From contig JABMNY010000013.1 in the NCBI GenBank assembly GCA_013204385.1, positions 517 through 64,516 on the forward strand: DNA of 64,000 nucleotides, in the 5' to 3' direction. Made by a program: the position numbers and the translations under genes. This DNA comes from Candidatus Uhrbacteria bacterium. Its GTDB lineage: Bacteria > Patescibacteriota > Patescibacteriia > UBA9934 > GWF2-40-263. Under the pieces are notes generated by a model. It was not told the DNA's origin. It made no database searches and worked only from the letters and a program-made list of their open reading frames with translations. Positions 55,445 through 64,000 of this stretch are shown in pieces; within the stretch, counting starts at the first letter, position 1; each line of letters opens with the position of its first letter.

Positions 55445-56197
55445 TTATGAAATATGATGCTGTGACTCGCTGTCCATGAAGTCACCAACGCGAGTTCTTC
55501 GGAGTTTATACAACAGAGCTCCGCAACCGAGTTGTGTTCCTACCATTTGGGCAATAGATCGAATATACGTCCCACTACGAACAGTTAATGTAGCCGACAC
55601 ACCGAGTAGATAATCTAGCTCAGAGGGAAGTTGATTCCAGGATTGTTGACACTCTTTCTGTCTGAAATTTCCGTTAACCAAAGAAATACGTTCCAGTACT
55701 TCATTACGAATAGTTGAAAGAGGGAACTGTGAGACAGACTTGAGGTCATGTGTTGTGACAGTCATTTCTTTTTGAGGAATTTCAATCTCATTCAATCTAT
55801 TTTGACTGACCCACCAATGGAGAGGTTTTCCTTGTACCTTGAACGAGGAATAAGAAGGAAAGGGAAGTATATGCGTTCCTGTGATGTTCAGGAATGCTTC
55901 TGTAACAGCTGATTCAGTCGGGATGAATCCAGGAGTAATTATTCCAAGTCCGTCGTGAGTGTCAGAAGAAATACCAAAGAGAAATGTCGCCTCATAGGTC
56001 TTATCAAGTTTTTGAAATGCTTCCTTTTGATACCGATCGTTATCTGAAAGAAAAATAATGACTCCCTCAGCCATTGGATCGAGTCGTCCGGCATAGGTGA
56101 TGGCGGAATCTTGCAGGTCAGGATGCATTTTACGAATCTCAGCAATACATTCAAGCGGTGTCCATCCAATCGGCTTGTAGAAATTAATGATAGCCAC
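55445..56197 (-). CDS. truB: tRNA pseudouridine(55) synthase TruB (short form without the PUA domain)
   Basis: INFYKPIGWTP...YAGRLDPMAEGV catalytic Asp motif. Confidence 0.8.
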   Translation of the reverse strand: MAIINFYKPIGWTPLECIAEIRKMHPDLQDSAITYAGRLDPMAEGVIIFLSDNDRYQKEAFQKLDKTYEATFLFGISSDTHDGLGIITPGFIPTESAVTEAFLNITGTHILPFPSYSSFKVQGKPLHWWVSQNRLNEIEIPQKEMTVTTHDLKSVSQFPLSTIRNEVLERISLVNGNFRQKECQQSWNQLPSELDYLLGVSATLTVRSGTYIRSIAQMVGTQLGCGALLYKLRRTRVGDFMDSESQHHIS

Positions 56198-56384
56198 ATT
56201 TTTTTGATGACAAAAGACATCAGTTTAGACCGATGTCTTTTGTTTAGATAATTCAGAAAGGGCAACTATTTATTTTTTGCGTCTTTCTTTGGTTTCTTTT
56301 TTTCCTTTCGGGCATTTTTGCCTTTGGCCATAATAGAAAATAATGAGAATGAACAAATAAATGTTATCACATGTTTAAACTCTT

Positions 56385-56690
56385 TCAAACAAATAATAAG
56401 ATAACAGCTGAGGCAATAGAGGATATGGACGCAAAAAGGAGGAAGTATCCGAATAGATGAAGCAAGGAGGTGATCGTCTTATCACCCATTGTATTTATCA
56501 TGTTTTGAAACATGATTGGGTAAAATTGAATGTTCAGAAAAAACAGCCTCTTATACGCATTGAGCTTTCCTGCTTTGTAATCGCTCATGAGTTGCTGAAA
56601 TGACTTAATTCTCAAAATCATCAAGGCGTTTAAGAGAAAAAAGAGGGCACCGAGAAGAATGAATAGCGAGATAATTAGTTGATTAGGCAT
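56385..56690 (-). CDS. Small hypothetical membrane protein (101 aa)
   Basis: Three TM helices, 6 nt upstream of the LRR lipoprotein gene stop. Confidence 0.3.
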   Translation of the reverse strand: MPNQLIISLFILLGALFFLLNALMILRIKSFQQLMSDYKAGKLNAYKRLFFLNIQFYPIMFQNMINTMGDKTITSLLHLFGYFLLFASISSIASAVILLFV

Positions 56691-56697
56691 AGGTCGT

Positions 56698-57201
56698 TTA
56701 TAACTCTGTAAGGATTACGGTCTCAGGAGGAAGAGTACTTTTGATGATTTCAAGGTCGTGGGTTGAATAGTCGTTTCCTCGCAGAACAAGAGTTTCAAGA
56801 GATGAGAGTTGACCAAGTTCCAACGGAAGCCCTGTTAGCTGGTTGTTTGATACATCTAATATTCTTAATTTCTTAAGTTGTCCAAGTTCTGCAGGGAGAC
56901 CTGTCATTTGATTATCGCTGAGATCCAGGATCTCGAGTTGTGTTAGAAAACGAATTTCAGCTGGGATAGATCCTGTTAGTTGATTGTTAGAAAGATCGAG
57001 ATGGACAAGCGTCTTTTGTTGAAATGTCTCTTGAGGGATTTGTGTGAGTCCTTTGTTACTTAAATCAAGTGTGATTTTGAGGGAATCATTTTCAAAAATG
57101 ACATCGTCTGATGGTTCAGAGGTATCGCTGAATGATGTTGTTACACATCCCGATCCTAGAAAACTTATAGAAAGGACAGACAGTAACAAGAAGTATTTCA
57201 T
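56698..57201 (-). CDS. Leucine-rich-repeat lipoprotein
   Basis: Lipobox FLGSGC and about 5 LRR units (LxxLxLSxNQLTGLP). Confidence 0.6.
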   Translation of the reverse strand: MKYFLLLSVLSISFLGSGCVTTSFSDTSEPSDDVIFENDSLKITLDLSNKGLTQIPQETFQQKTLVHLDLSNNQLTGSIPAEIRFLTQLEILDLSDNQMTGLPAELGQLKKLRILDVSNNQLTGLPLELGQLSSLETLVLRGNDYSTHDLEIIKSTLPPETVILTEL

Positions 57202-57388
57202 ATGTGAGCATTCTATCAGATTCGAGTTAGATTGGTGAATATAAAAGTCATTTTAGACATGCTCTTATTCGTAGCAAGAACAAGCTAGAAAATAGAGGTT
57301 CGTATACAGCGATCTCTTGACGAAATTTATGAAAAGTTGTAATTTTTGTGTCTCGCTTGATTCTGAGCGAGATTATTGAGGCTAAAAG

Positions 57389-57859
57389 TTGTTCGTGCGT
57401 TATTCTCGATTGTTCCTGTTGTTTGGACTTACGCCTGTAACGACCGCATCCATCTGCAAGGAAGAACCCCTGATGGATACGGCAGAGCTGTTCGTGAGAC
57501 CGGCGATGAATGTCACTTGTGCGGAGGGGTATGATGATCGTGCGTCCACCGCTTGTGGCAATTTGTGGTTCTTTGATCTCGATGGTCGGTCAAACACACC
57601 CTCTATTGAGTATGTCGATCTGCTTACAGGGCAGCTGCATGAACGAGAACAATACCACTTCGTCAATGTAGGTGACGAACGTCGGTACTCGGAAAGTGGA
57701 AACGCTTTCAGAGTGGGGTGGCCGAGCTACGCATCGTCGCTTGAGGTAGAGCCCTTGGCTGACGATTGGGTGATGGTCGACTATTTTCTCTGTACGGATT
57801 CCTTCGAGAGTTCCTCAGAAACCTACCAATTGTGGAACTGTCTCGAACTGCGTCAGTAG
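57389..57859 (+). CDS. Secreted Cys-containing hypothetical protein (156 aa)
   Basis: Signal peptide and 6 Cys residues. Moderately elevated GC. Confidence 0.35.
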   Translation: MFVRYSRLFLLFGLTPVTTASICKEEPLMDTAELFVRPAMNVTCAEGYDDRASTACGNLWFFDLDGRSNTPSIEYVDLLTGQLHEREQYHFVNVGDERRYSESGNAFRVGWPSYASSLEVEPLADDWVMVDYFLCTDSFESSSETYQLWNCLELRQ

Positions 57860-57955
57860 TCCACGCTAGAGCACATATGTGCTCTTTTATATTTGGACGA
57901 CTATTGGAGATGGAAGAAACCGTTTTGTGTCTACGGCTTTAATGTGAAAAAGTTG

Positions 57956-58753
57956 CTAATCGTATAGAGACTTTGATGTTTGGACAAAATACTGATCGAA
58001 GTTTTTTAGAATTTGACGACGTGCACGTTCAAACTCCTTTCGATCAAGGTCAGATATCAGTTGTTGAAACTCGTCTTCCGTGAATAACCTTCCGTCAATG
58101 AGGGACTGACGTCGTTGAGAAAGTGCTTCTTCTATGCGCCGACGTCCAATCTCAGGATGAAACTGCACTCCACGAGTGTGTAAACCTATGCGAAATGCTT
58201 GAACGGAATAATCTTGATTTGATGCAAGAATTTGGATATCTGTATGATCGGGAAGGTGAAATATTTCATCTCCGTGATAGGAATAAATATCGAACGTTCT
58301 TTCTACATCTTTGAATAGTGGATCTTGGATACCAGCAGGGGAGAGTTGAACCTCGATTAAACCAGCTTCTAACTTTTTTCCTTTTTTAATCTGCCCTCCA
58401 AACGATTCAGCGATCAACTGTGCGCCAAAACAGATTCCAAGGAGGGGGATATCTAGATGATGAATTTTCTGAATGAATTGTTTTAGTTCCTGAATCCAGT
58501 CAGAATTCTCGTATACAGAATGAGCCGACCCACCAATAATGACGCCACTATAACAACATTCAGTTGGGAGTACATCATCAGCCGCACTGATAAGTTTAAT
58601 CCGTGTCGAATCCTGATTGAGATTCAATGTAGAGCGAAACCAATCAAGCTCGCATGTGCGTGTGAGATTCATTTCAGCACGTTTAGCATCTGGCTGAGCA
58701 GAAATAAGAAGAATGGGTTTTTGAGATTCCATTGAGTTCATAACAGGCTTCAT
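57956..58753 (-). CDS. Class I glutamine amidotransferase-like protein
   Basis: Catalytic Cys context LLGICFGAQL and a later His (QFHPE). Confidence 0.7.
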   Translation of the reverse strand: MKPVMNSMESQKPILLISAQPDAKRAEMNLTRTCELDWFRSTLNLNQDSTRIKLISAADDVLPTECCYSGVIIGGSAHSVYENSDWIQELKQFIQKIHHLDIPLLGICFGAQLIAESFGGQIKKGKKLEAGLIEVQLSPAGIQDPLFKDVERTFDIYSYHGDEIFHLPDHTDIQILASNQDYSVQAFRIGLHTRGVQFHPEIGRRRIEEALSQRRQSLIDGRLFTEDEFQQLISDLDRKEFERARRQILKNFDQYFVQTSKSLYD

Positions 58754-58842
58754 GGATAATCGGGGATAGTCTGATCTCTTTTAGGGAAAAGTCAAAGTTA
58801 AAAAACACCTGCTGAATTGGTGCAGACGCGGAGATCATAGAC

Positions 58843-59472
58843 TTAGAATAAAATCTGCTTATCATCGGCATGCCATTGGTCGTAGGGTGTCATTATTCTA
58901 TCGAACAATGTTGATTGTAGAAACGTGTGTAGCCAGCGGTTTACGTGTTTGTAAGGAGACGATTCAAACCACTCAATATCGACATTTGCGAATTGTCGAA
59001 TAAATGGAAGTAAGGCCGCATCGACTAAAGTCATGTGATCCCCTTGGAGGAATTGTGTTTTTGATAAGCAATATCCTAGTTTTACAAGAAACTTCTCACA
59101 TTCTTTGCGGTATGCGAGTTGAGTTTTTTCAGGGTGTCGGTTGAAGTATTTGTACTTATCTAAGTAAATCTTGAATCGGGTATCGTTATCTTGGATAAGA
59201 TCTTTGTTCAAGATCTGGAGCCAATGATCAGGATCGTTTTTTTGAAGTGCCCAATTCATGATTTCCAAACTCTCCTCAAGTACCGTTCCGTCTGAAAGCA
59301 CAAGAACAGGCACTGTGGCTTTTGGAGAGAAGTCGATCATGGATTGAGGCTTTTCTCTTAAAACAACCTCACGAATCTCAACCGTCTGATTACTTTTTGC
59401 AATCGCAAGACGGGCTCTCATGGCATAGGGGCATCGACGAAATGAGTAGAGGATCGGAAGAGGGGGGTTCAT
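58843..59472 (-). CDS. Glutathione S-transferase family protein (Grx2/GST-N thioredoxin-like N-terminus, CPYA)
   Basis: LYSFRRCPYAMRARLA N-terminal thioredoxin-fold motif and a helical GST-C half. Confidence 0.55.
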   Translation of the reverse strand: MNPPLPILYSFRRCPYAMRARLAIAKSNQTVEIREVVLREKPQSMIDFSPKATVPVLVLSDGTVLEESLEIMNWALQKNDPDHWLQILNKDLIQDNDTRFKIYLDKYKYFNRHPEKTQLAYRKECEKFLVKLGYCLSKTQFLQGDHMTLVDAALLPFIRQFANVDIEWFESSPYKHVNRWLHTFLQSTLFDRIMTPYDQWHADDKQILF

Positions 59473-59662
59473 GTGATTTGTCGGTATGAACAGATTGGAA
59501 TAAGAACTTCTTCTAACAATGACTGATACTCAGACGGGAATATCTAGAGGAAATAAACAGTAAGTAATCCAAGAAGATCGGATCTGTATTTATCTGAAAT
59601 GGACAGTTTATCGTTTGAGTCCCATGACAGATCAGTCTGCAAACTGATATACTGATGGTACT

Positions 59663-60262
59663 ATGCCTACAAAAACTCCTCAAAGAATAGCTGCATTTTT
59701 TGTTGTAATTTTGATCTTTGGAATTGGTGTTTATATTCTATCCGATTATTTCAGATTCAATAGAGAGGTGACAGTTTCCGATGTGATAGAGGGATTTGAT
59801 GGTTCTGATCTCAATAACTCGTTCTATCAGTTGGATAAGTATATTCTTAGTCCTTCAAAGCACGCAGAAGCTGCACAAAATGCAACTGCCTATCTTGGAT
59901 CTAGCGATCCTGAGATACTTTTTGCTGCGGTTTACTTGATTGTTAATACAGGGGATGCTCTGTACGCGCCATATCTAGTCCCATTACTTTCTCACGATGA
60001 TGTTCTCTTAAGAACAGTTGTTGCTGGTCGTCTTATTGGTTGGGGGGAGATGGCGTCGATCCCGGTGTTGATTGAATCCCTTGATTCCGACTTGATGTTG
60101 CCATATGCTGATCCACCGCGTCGGCTTTCGGAACTTGCGCAAGAAGCGCTTCCATATTATACCAAGCAGGATTACATTTCACGGAATGAATGGCAGCAGT
60201 GGTGGAGCCAAGTTAAAGAACAGCTTATTTGGAATGCATCTACGCAACAGTACGGCCTATGA
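59663..60262 (+). CDS. Membrane-anchored HEAT/PBS-lyase-like repeat protein, hypothetical
   Basis: N-terminal TM, then repeated helical LxxLLxD-type units. Confidence 0.35.
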   Translation: MPTKTPQRIAAFFVVILIFGIGVYILSDYFRFNREVTVSDVIEGFDGSDLNNSFYQLDKYILSPSKHAEAAQNATAYLGSSDPEILFAAVYLIVNTGDALYAPYLVPLLSHDDVLLRTVVAGRLIGWGEMASIPVLIESLDSDLMLPYADPPRRLSELAQEALPYYTKQDYISRNEWQQWWSQVKEQLIWNASTQQYGL

Positions 60263-61479
60263 GATATATTTTGTACATTGTCTTGATGGTTATTCTTGGA
60301 GTGCTGCCTGGGCAAGTGTGGGCGTTTGGAACACTGAGTAACGTTGGTTCAGATCATTATAAGGTTGATTTTAATTTGACACTCATTGGTCCAGGGGTGG
60401 GTCCTGGACATGCAGAAGTATGGAAGCGATGGTTGGATTCTGTATGGGATACTGCAGGTATGGCTAATGAATGTCCTAAGATCAACTTTGAGTTTCATGT
60501 AGATTCCTCGGATGCGTTTGATGAATTTGATTTGCCAGGTGATTATACAGACGATACACGAACACGTATTCACTCAGATGCGTTGTCTGGTTTGCAAGAG
60601 AGTTTTCCAGATTCGAGTTATGTCTATGTCGTGGATTCAGACCCTGGTCAATACTACCGAGGATGGGCAAATAGTGCTGAGGGATCTTTTGGACAGAGCG
60701 GTTGGTCAACGATGGATGCGGGTTCATCGGCTCGAACAATTTCCCATGAGGTAGGTCATCTTATGGGAATGGATGATCATTATAGCGAAAATGCTGAAGG
60801 ACTTACGACAGTTGATGAAGGTTGGGAAGGGAATCTTGCTGCAGATGGAAGAATTAATGACAGTGATTTGGTAAATGACTCGTCAAAATTTATTGATGCA
60901 CGCGTATTGTCTGAGATCATTGAGGCTATTGAACATCAGACCGGTGAGGATTTAGCTTGTGGGAAGCCGGATATAGAAGGAGAAATGGTTTGGCATCATG
61001 ATACAGGTATTGTTGCAACAGATGTTGATGGAGACCTGCTTGTTGAGTTAGATTATATTGAGTCTGAAGGGGATGGTTCTGATTTTTTGGTTACAGGTAG
61101 TGTCAATCCGATTGATAGCACATTAACTTGTACAAGTAGTATTTGTAATAGTTGTGGTTGTACGACATGTACGATTGATAAAGCAACCACGGGGTACGTG
61201 AGCGGAATTGCAAACTGGAGCGAAGATGGAAATACACTTATTACAACACTTAACTGGCTTGAAAGTCAGTGGCCACAGGAGACTGTAAGCATGTTCTTTT
61301 CTTGTGGTGGATCTGCAACACAGGATACAGCACTCTTATCCTCTACGTTTATTCAATCAGGAATTATTGGGACTTCTTGGGAAGTTGAATTTCCTGATGA
61401 TGTTGCCCAGAAGGAGTTTTCTTCAAAAAACTATGCTGGGACAGGAATTGGAGTGATGAACTTTCACACAAATGAGTAA
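60259..61479 (+). CDS. Secreted putative zinc metalloprotease (HEVGHLMGMDDH motif) with a Cys-rich C-terminal region
   Basis: Start ATG 60259 overlaps the upstream stop (ATGA). Signal peptide. HExxHxxGxxD(H) metzincin-like motif. Cys cluster CTSSICNSCGCTTC. Confidence 0.5.
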   Translation: MRYILYIVLMVILGVLPGQVWAFGTLSNVGSDHYKVDFNLTLIGPGVGPGHAEVWKRWLDSVWDTAGMANECPKINFEFHVDSSDAFDEFDLPGDYTDDTRTRIHSDALSGLQESFPDSSYVYVVDSDPGQYYRGWANSAEGSFGQSGWSTMDAGSSARTISHEVGHLMGMDDHYSENAEGLTTVDEGWEGNLAADGRINDSDLVNDSSKFIDARVLSEIIEAIEHQTGEDLACGKPDIEGEMVWHHDTGIVATDVDGDLLVELDYIESEGDGSDFLVTGSVNPIDSTLTCTSSICNSCGCTTCTIDKATTGYVSGIANWSEDGNTLITTLNWLESQWPQETVSMFFSCGGSATQDTALLSSTFIQSGIIGTSWEVEFPDDVAQKEFSSKNYAGTGIGVMNFHTNE

Positions 61480-61543
61480 TCGGTCATTCACTCGATTAAA
61501 CGAATCAAAGTGGCATACTCCTTGGTGTTTTTTCTATATTAAA

Positions 61544-62698
61544 CTAATTGTTTTGCACTAATAACGACCGTCCTTGTTCAGCCCAAGATGATTCTCCAAG
61601 AGCTTCCATTTCAATGACATAATCTGCCAAAATAGTTTGACGTGTCTCTTCGTCTTGTGTTTGTTCAAGGATTGCTGAGAGTAGTGTGAAGTGAATTGAT
61701 TCTCGTGTTGCACGGTCGTTAAGTTGAAGCCAAAGATGTTGATCAAACGCGCGTGTCACAAATGAGGTATCTGTGAGACCCGCGCTAACAGCATCGATCA
61801 CGCGTTGCTGCGTTTCTTCATCTGATGGACCGTCTGCGGGATTGAAGGGTGTTTGTAGCACCACATCGAGTTGATCTGCATTATAAGGGATTTCTTGGAT
61901 GGTATATTCCGGTTTCATGAAGAGTTCTACGCGTTCAGGTGAGTCTTGAAGTTGCAAGCTTGCGAGCATAGAAACGAGCTCTTGTGCTTGAGTAAAAGTC
62001 AGATCTGTGTCGACGAGGTTGTAGAGCACATACTCCAATGCTGTTTGCCAGTGAGAGGTCTCTGTGAGGGGTGTGTTTGTGAGAAGATGCTTGAGAAAGG
62101 TGGAATGGTTGTGAGCGCGCTGAGGCTCACCGATTGCATAGGGTTGGCGGACACGAAGCCACTGAAGTGTTTCCGTTGCAGGAAGTCCAAGGAGTCTAAA
62201 AGAGCCAATCGCTTCTGAGAACCCGATCATTACAATATGATCTGGTTGTTTGTTTAAAATTTTTTCGATCTGTGCAAGGCCATACTCGAGCCCGCCAATG
62301 CCACATGCATTCGAAACATAATAGTCGCTTGGAATGTGGCCAGTTCCAGGCAGAGGAGAATAGGTACCACGAGGAACTGCCGTAATGCGTACGGTTTGAT
62401 TTGTGTTGTTGATTTCAATGAATTGAATGACATCGCAATGGGCAACGTCACTTCCAGCGCGTGTATCTAGACCAATAAGGAGAATAGAAATGACATCATC
62501 AGTCTCCTTAAAAGGTCCGTATTTTGGAGATGTCAGCATTGCGAGGCGCGTGTCGATAATTGCTTGAATTTCTTGCTGGAGCGCCTGCTCTTGTTGAAAT
62601 GCATTTGTTGGGGAGGTACTTGCATGAGTAACAAACCAGAGCACAAGCAGAACAAAAAGGATAAGGGGAGTACCAAATAGGAAGATTCGTCGATTCAT
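61544..62698 (-). CDS. LCP (LytR-CpsA-Psr) family cell-envelope phosphotransferase
   Basis: N-terminal TM, ILLIGLDTR...D motif, and typical LCP length. Confidence 0.75.
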   Translation of the reverse strand: MNRRIFLFGTPLILFVLLVLWFVTHASTSPTNAFQQEQALQQEIQAIIDTRLAMLTSPKYGPFKETDDVISILLIGLDTRAGSDVAHCDVIQFIEINNTNQTVRITAVPRGTYSPLPGTGHIPSDYYVSNACGIGGLEYGLAQIEKILNKQPDHIVMIGFSEAIGSFRLLGLPATETLQWLRVRQPYAIGEPQRAHNHSTFLKHLLTNTPLTETSHWQTALEYVLYNLVDTDLTFTQAQELVSMLASLQLQDSPERVELFMKPEYTIQEIPYNADQLDVVLQTPFNPADGPSDEETQQRVIDAVSAGLTDTSFVTRAFDQHLWLQLNDRATRESIHFTLLSAILEQTQDEETRQTILADYVIEMEALGESSWAEQGRSLLVQNN

Positions 62699-62756
62699 AA
62701 GGAAGGGTCAAATCGCTACTTGTAGCGTTCACTTCGACTTTACTCTATCACAAATA

Positions 62757-62788
62757 GAAAACCACGGATTGATCACCCGTGGTTTTTG
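62757..62788. terminator. Bidirectional hairpin terminator
   Basis: aaaaccacgg attgatcac ccgtggttttt. Confidence 0.5.
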
Positions 62789-62934
62789 CTTGGTGAGCGA
62801 TAGAAGAAGCTGTTAATTAAAATGTCATCTAGCTGACTTATACATAAATGACTTATCTATAACTTGAACAAATTTTGTCAGTTTTCTGATGTTTGACCAT
62901 ATGAGTCGATTAGAAAGTCGGGTCGGCATTGATA

Positions 62935-63990
62935 CTAGGATTCTAGAGCAAGTGTCTCAATGAGTTTTTCGAGTTCTTCACGGGCAATCAATTTGATTCT
63001 AAGAATGTCATTCCACTTTTTTAATCTCATTCCATCGATTAAATGATCCAACTCTAAGGCATCAATTCCCTGTGCCTGCATTTCATCATTTACAACTTTT
63101 TCCAAAGAAGCATAGGTAACATCTTTTGAATTCCAGGTTGCCTTTTTTATCAGTTGAGCAATCACATCTTGGCCAACACCGAGAGCTGTTAACGAATCGA
63201 ATAATCTGGTACCGACTATAACCTTATCCTTTTCAGATACACCATAATGACGTTCATTAATGACATTTGTAAGGAAACTGTACGAATCTTTTGGGTAAGC
63301 TGAAGCTGTTACATTGTAATCACTTGAAAGAAAACCCTGCATACGATATGCCTGAACTTCCGTCAGAGCAATTTCTCCTCGTGTAAATGAAGTAGATTGA
63401 CTACCAGAAAGTATTCCCGAGATTTCACCCATATGGGCCACATAAAACCTAATTCTTGTAAGAAATTTGATGTCAGCTTCATTTTGCTTTTTGTGTGTTA
63501 GTTCATGGAGGGCATAACTTGGAAAACTATTTTGGAACGCAGCATATGCAAGATGCGGCAGAATAGCAGCTGGTCTAAAATGACCAACTCCCACATTGGT
63601 CTTCTTCGTTACATGATCATAATAAAGAGGCATATTAAATTCACCCTTTTTCGTTACTTCATGCTTCTCTACTAACTTATCCCAATCAACAAGATCTTCA
63701 AAAAGAATAATACCCTCCACCGCATTAGCAACATTTGTCTCATGAGCAATACGTTCATAGACGGTATGAATGCTTTCATTTAGAGGTTCTAAAATTTTAC
63801 TTTCATTCTTTATTAAGAGTGCTGTTTTTTCTCCAGCCTGCGCCCAAGTAAAATCTTTTCCTATTTTTTCCAATAATTCTGAATGTTCACGAAGGAGAGT
63901 CTCAAAGTCAACCTTTTCTGATGGTCTACCGACTGCTTCTAATACTTCAATAACAGCGGACCTTTTTTGATCTTTATCAGCCATATTCAA
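62935..63990 (-). CDS. Hypothetical protein (351 aa), AT-rich, contains HELTH
   Basis: Long ORF with no recognised family. The HExxH pentapeptide is not in a convincing protease context. Confidence 0.35.
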   Translation of the reverse strand: MNMADKDQKRSAVIEVLEAVGRPSEKVDFETLLREHSELLEKIGKDFTWAQAGEKTALLIKNESKILEPLNESIHTVYERIAHETNVANAVEGIILFEDLVDWDKLVEKHEVTKKGEFNMPLYYDHVTKKTNVGVGHFRPAAILPHLAYAAFQNSFPSYALHELTHKKQNEADIKFLTRIRFYVAHMGEISGILSGSQSTSFTRGEIALTEVQAYRMQGFLSSDYNVTASAYPKDSYSFLTNVINERHYGVSEKDKVIVGTRLFDSLTALGVGQDVIAQLIKKATWNSKDVTYASLEKVVNDEMQAQGIDALELDHLIDGMRLKKWNDILRIKLIAREELEKLIETLALES

Positions 63991-64000
63991 AGCTCGTCGC

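Overview
This 64-kb window reads as a gene-dense, mostly housekeeping bacterial chromosomal segment with a background GC near 43-45%; the numbers of features and findings below are approximate (about 90 features, about 20 findings). It contains many recognisable core genes: lepA, recJ, rnhA, a type IV pilus cluster (pilM, a receiver-domain protein, a pilin and pilD), ligA, gatC, gatA, lgt, dnaG-rpoD, a MacAB-like tripartite ABC exporter, greA, a DEAD-box helicase, truB, cspA, xth, zupT, trhO, msrA, an ABC-F ATPase and an LCP transferase, plus one tRNA-Ser(GGA). TGA is used as a stop codon, so the standard genetic code applies. All family assignments are made by eye from motifs; no database search was possible. 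The less ordinary items are these. (1) A tiny poly-aspartate ORF ending in ...DGDEW sits directly upstream of a RimK-family ATP-grasp ligase (35.6-36.9 kb), flanked by its own hairpin terminator and an operator-like inverted repeat. (2) A roughly 340-nt locus at 31.61-31.95 kb has a near-consensus sigma-70 promoter, a 5'/3' terminal helix, a 17-bp internal long-range helix and a strong terminator, but no credible ORF. It is a candidate structured ncRNA that I could not assign to the RNase P, tmRNA, SRP or 6S classes. (3) Two adjacent divergent paralogous small proteins at 16.9-17.6 kb share conserved FPR[YF]H.Y, [ND]LH.D and YEGG motifs. (4) A repeat-built, FUS-like (SYGG/RGG) low-complexity protein carries a zinc ribbon and an acidic tail. 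(5) Two high-GC islands (about 55-58% GC) look horizontally acquired. One encodes a 596-aa lipoprotein. The other encodes a LemA-TPM-TPM operon. (6) A thioredoxin-fold CPHC protein and a VKOR membrane protein are encoded as a split, translationally coupled pair.
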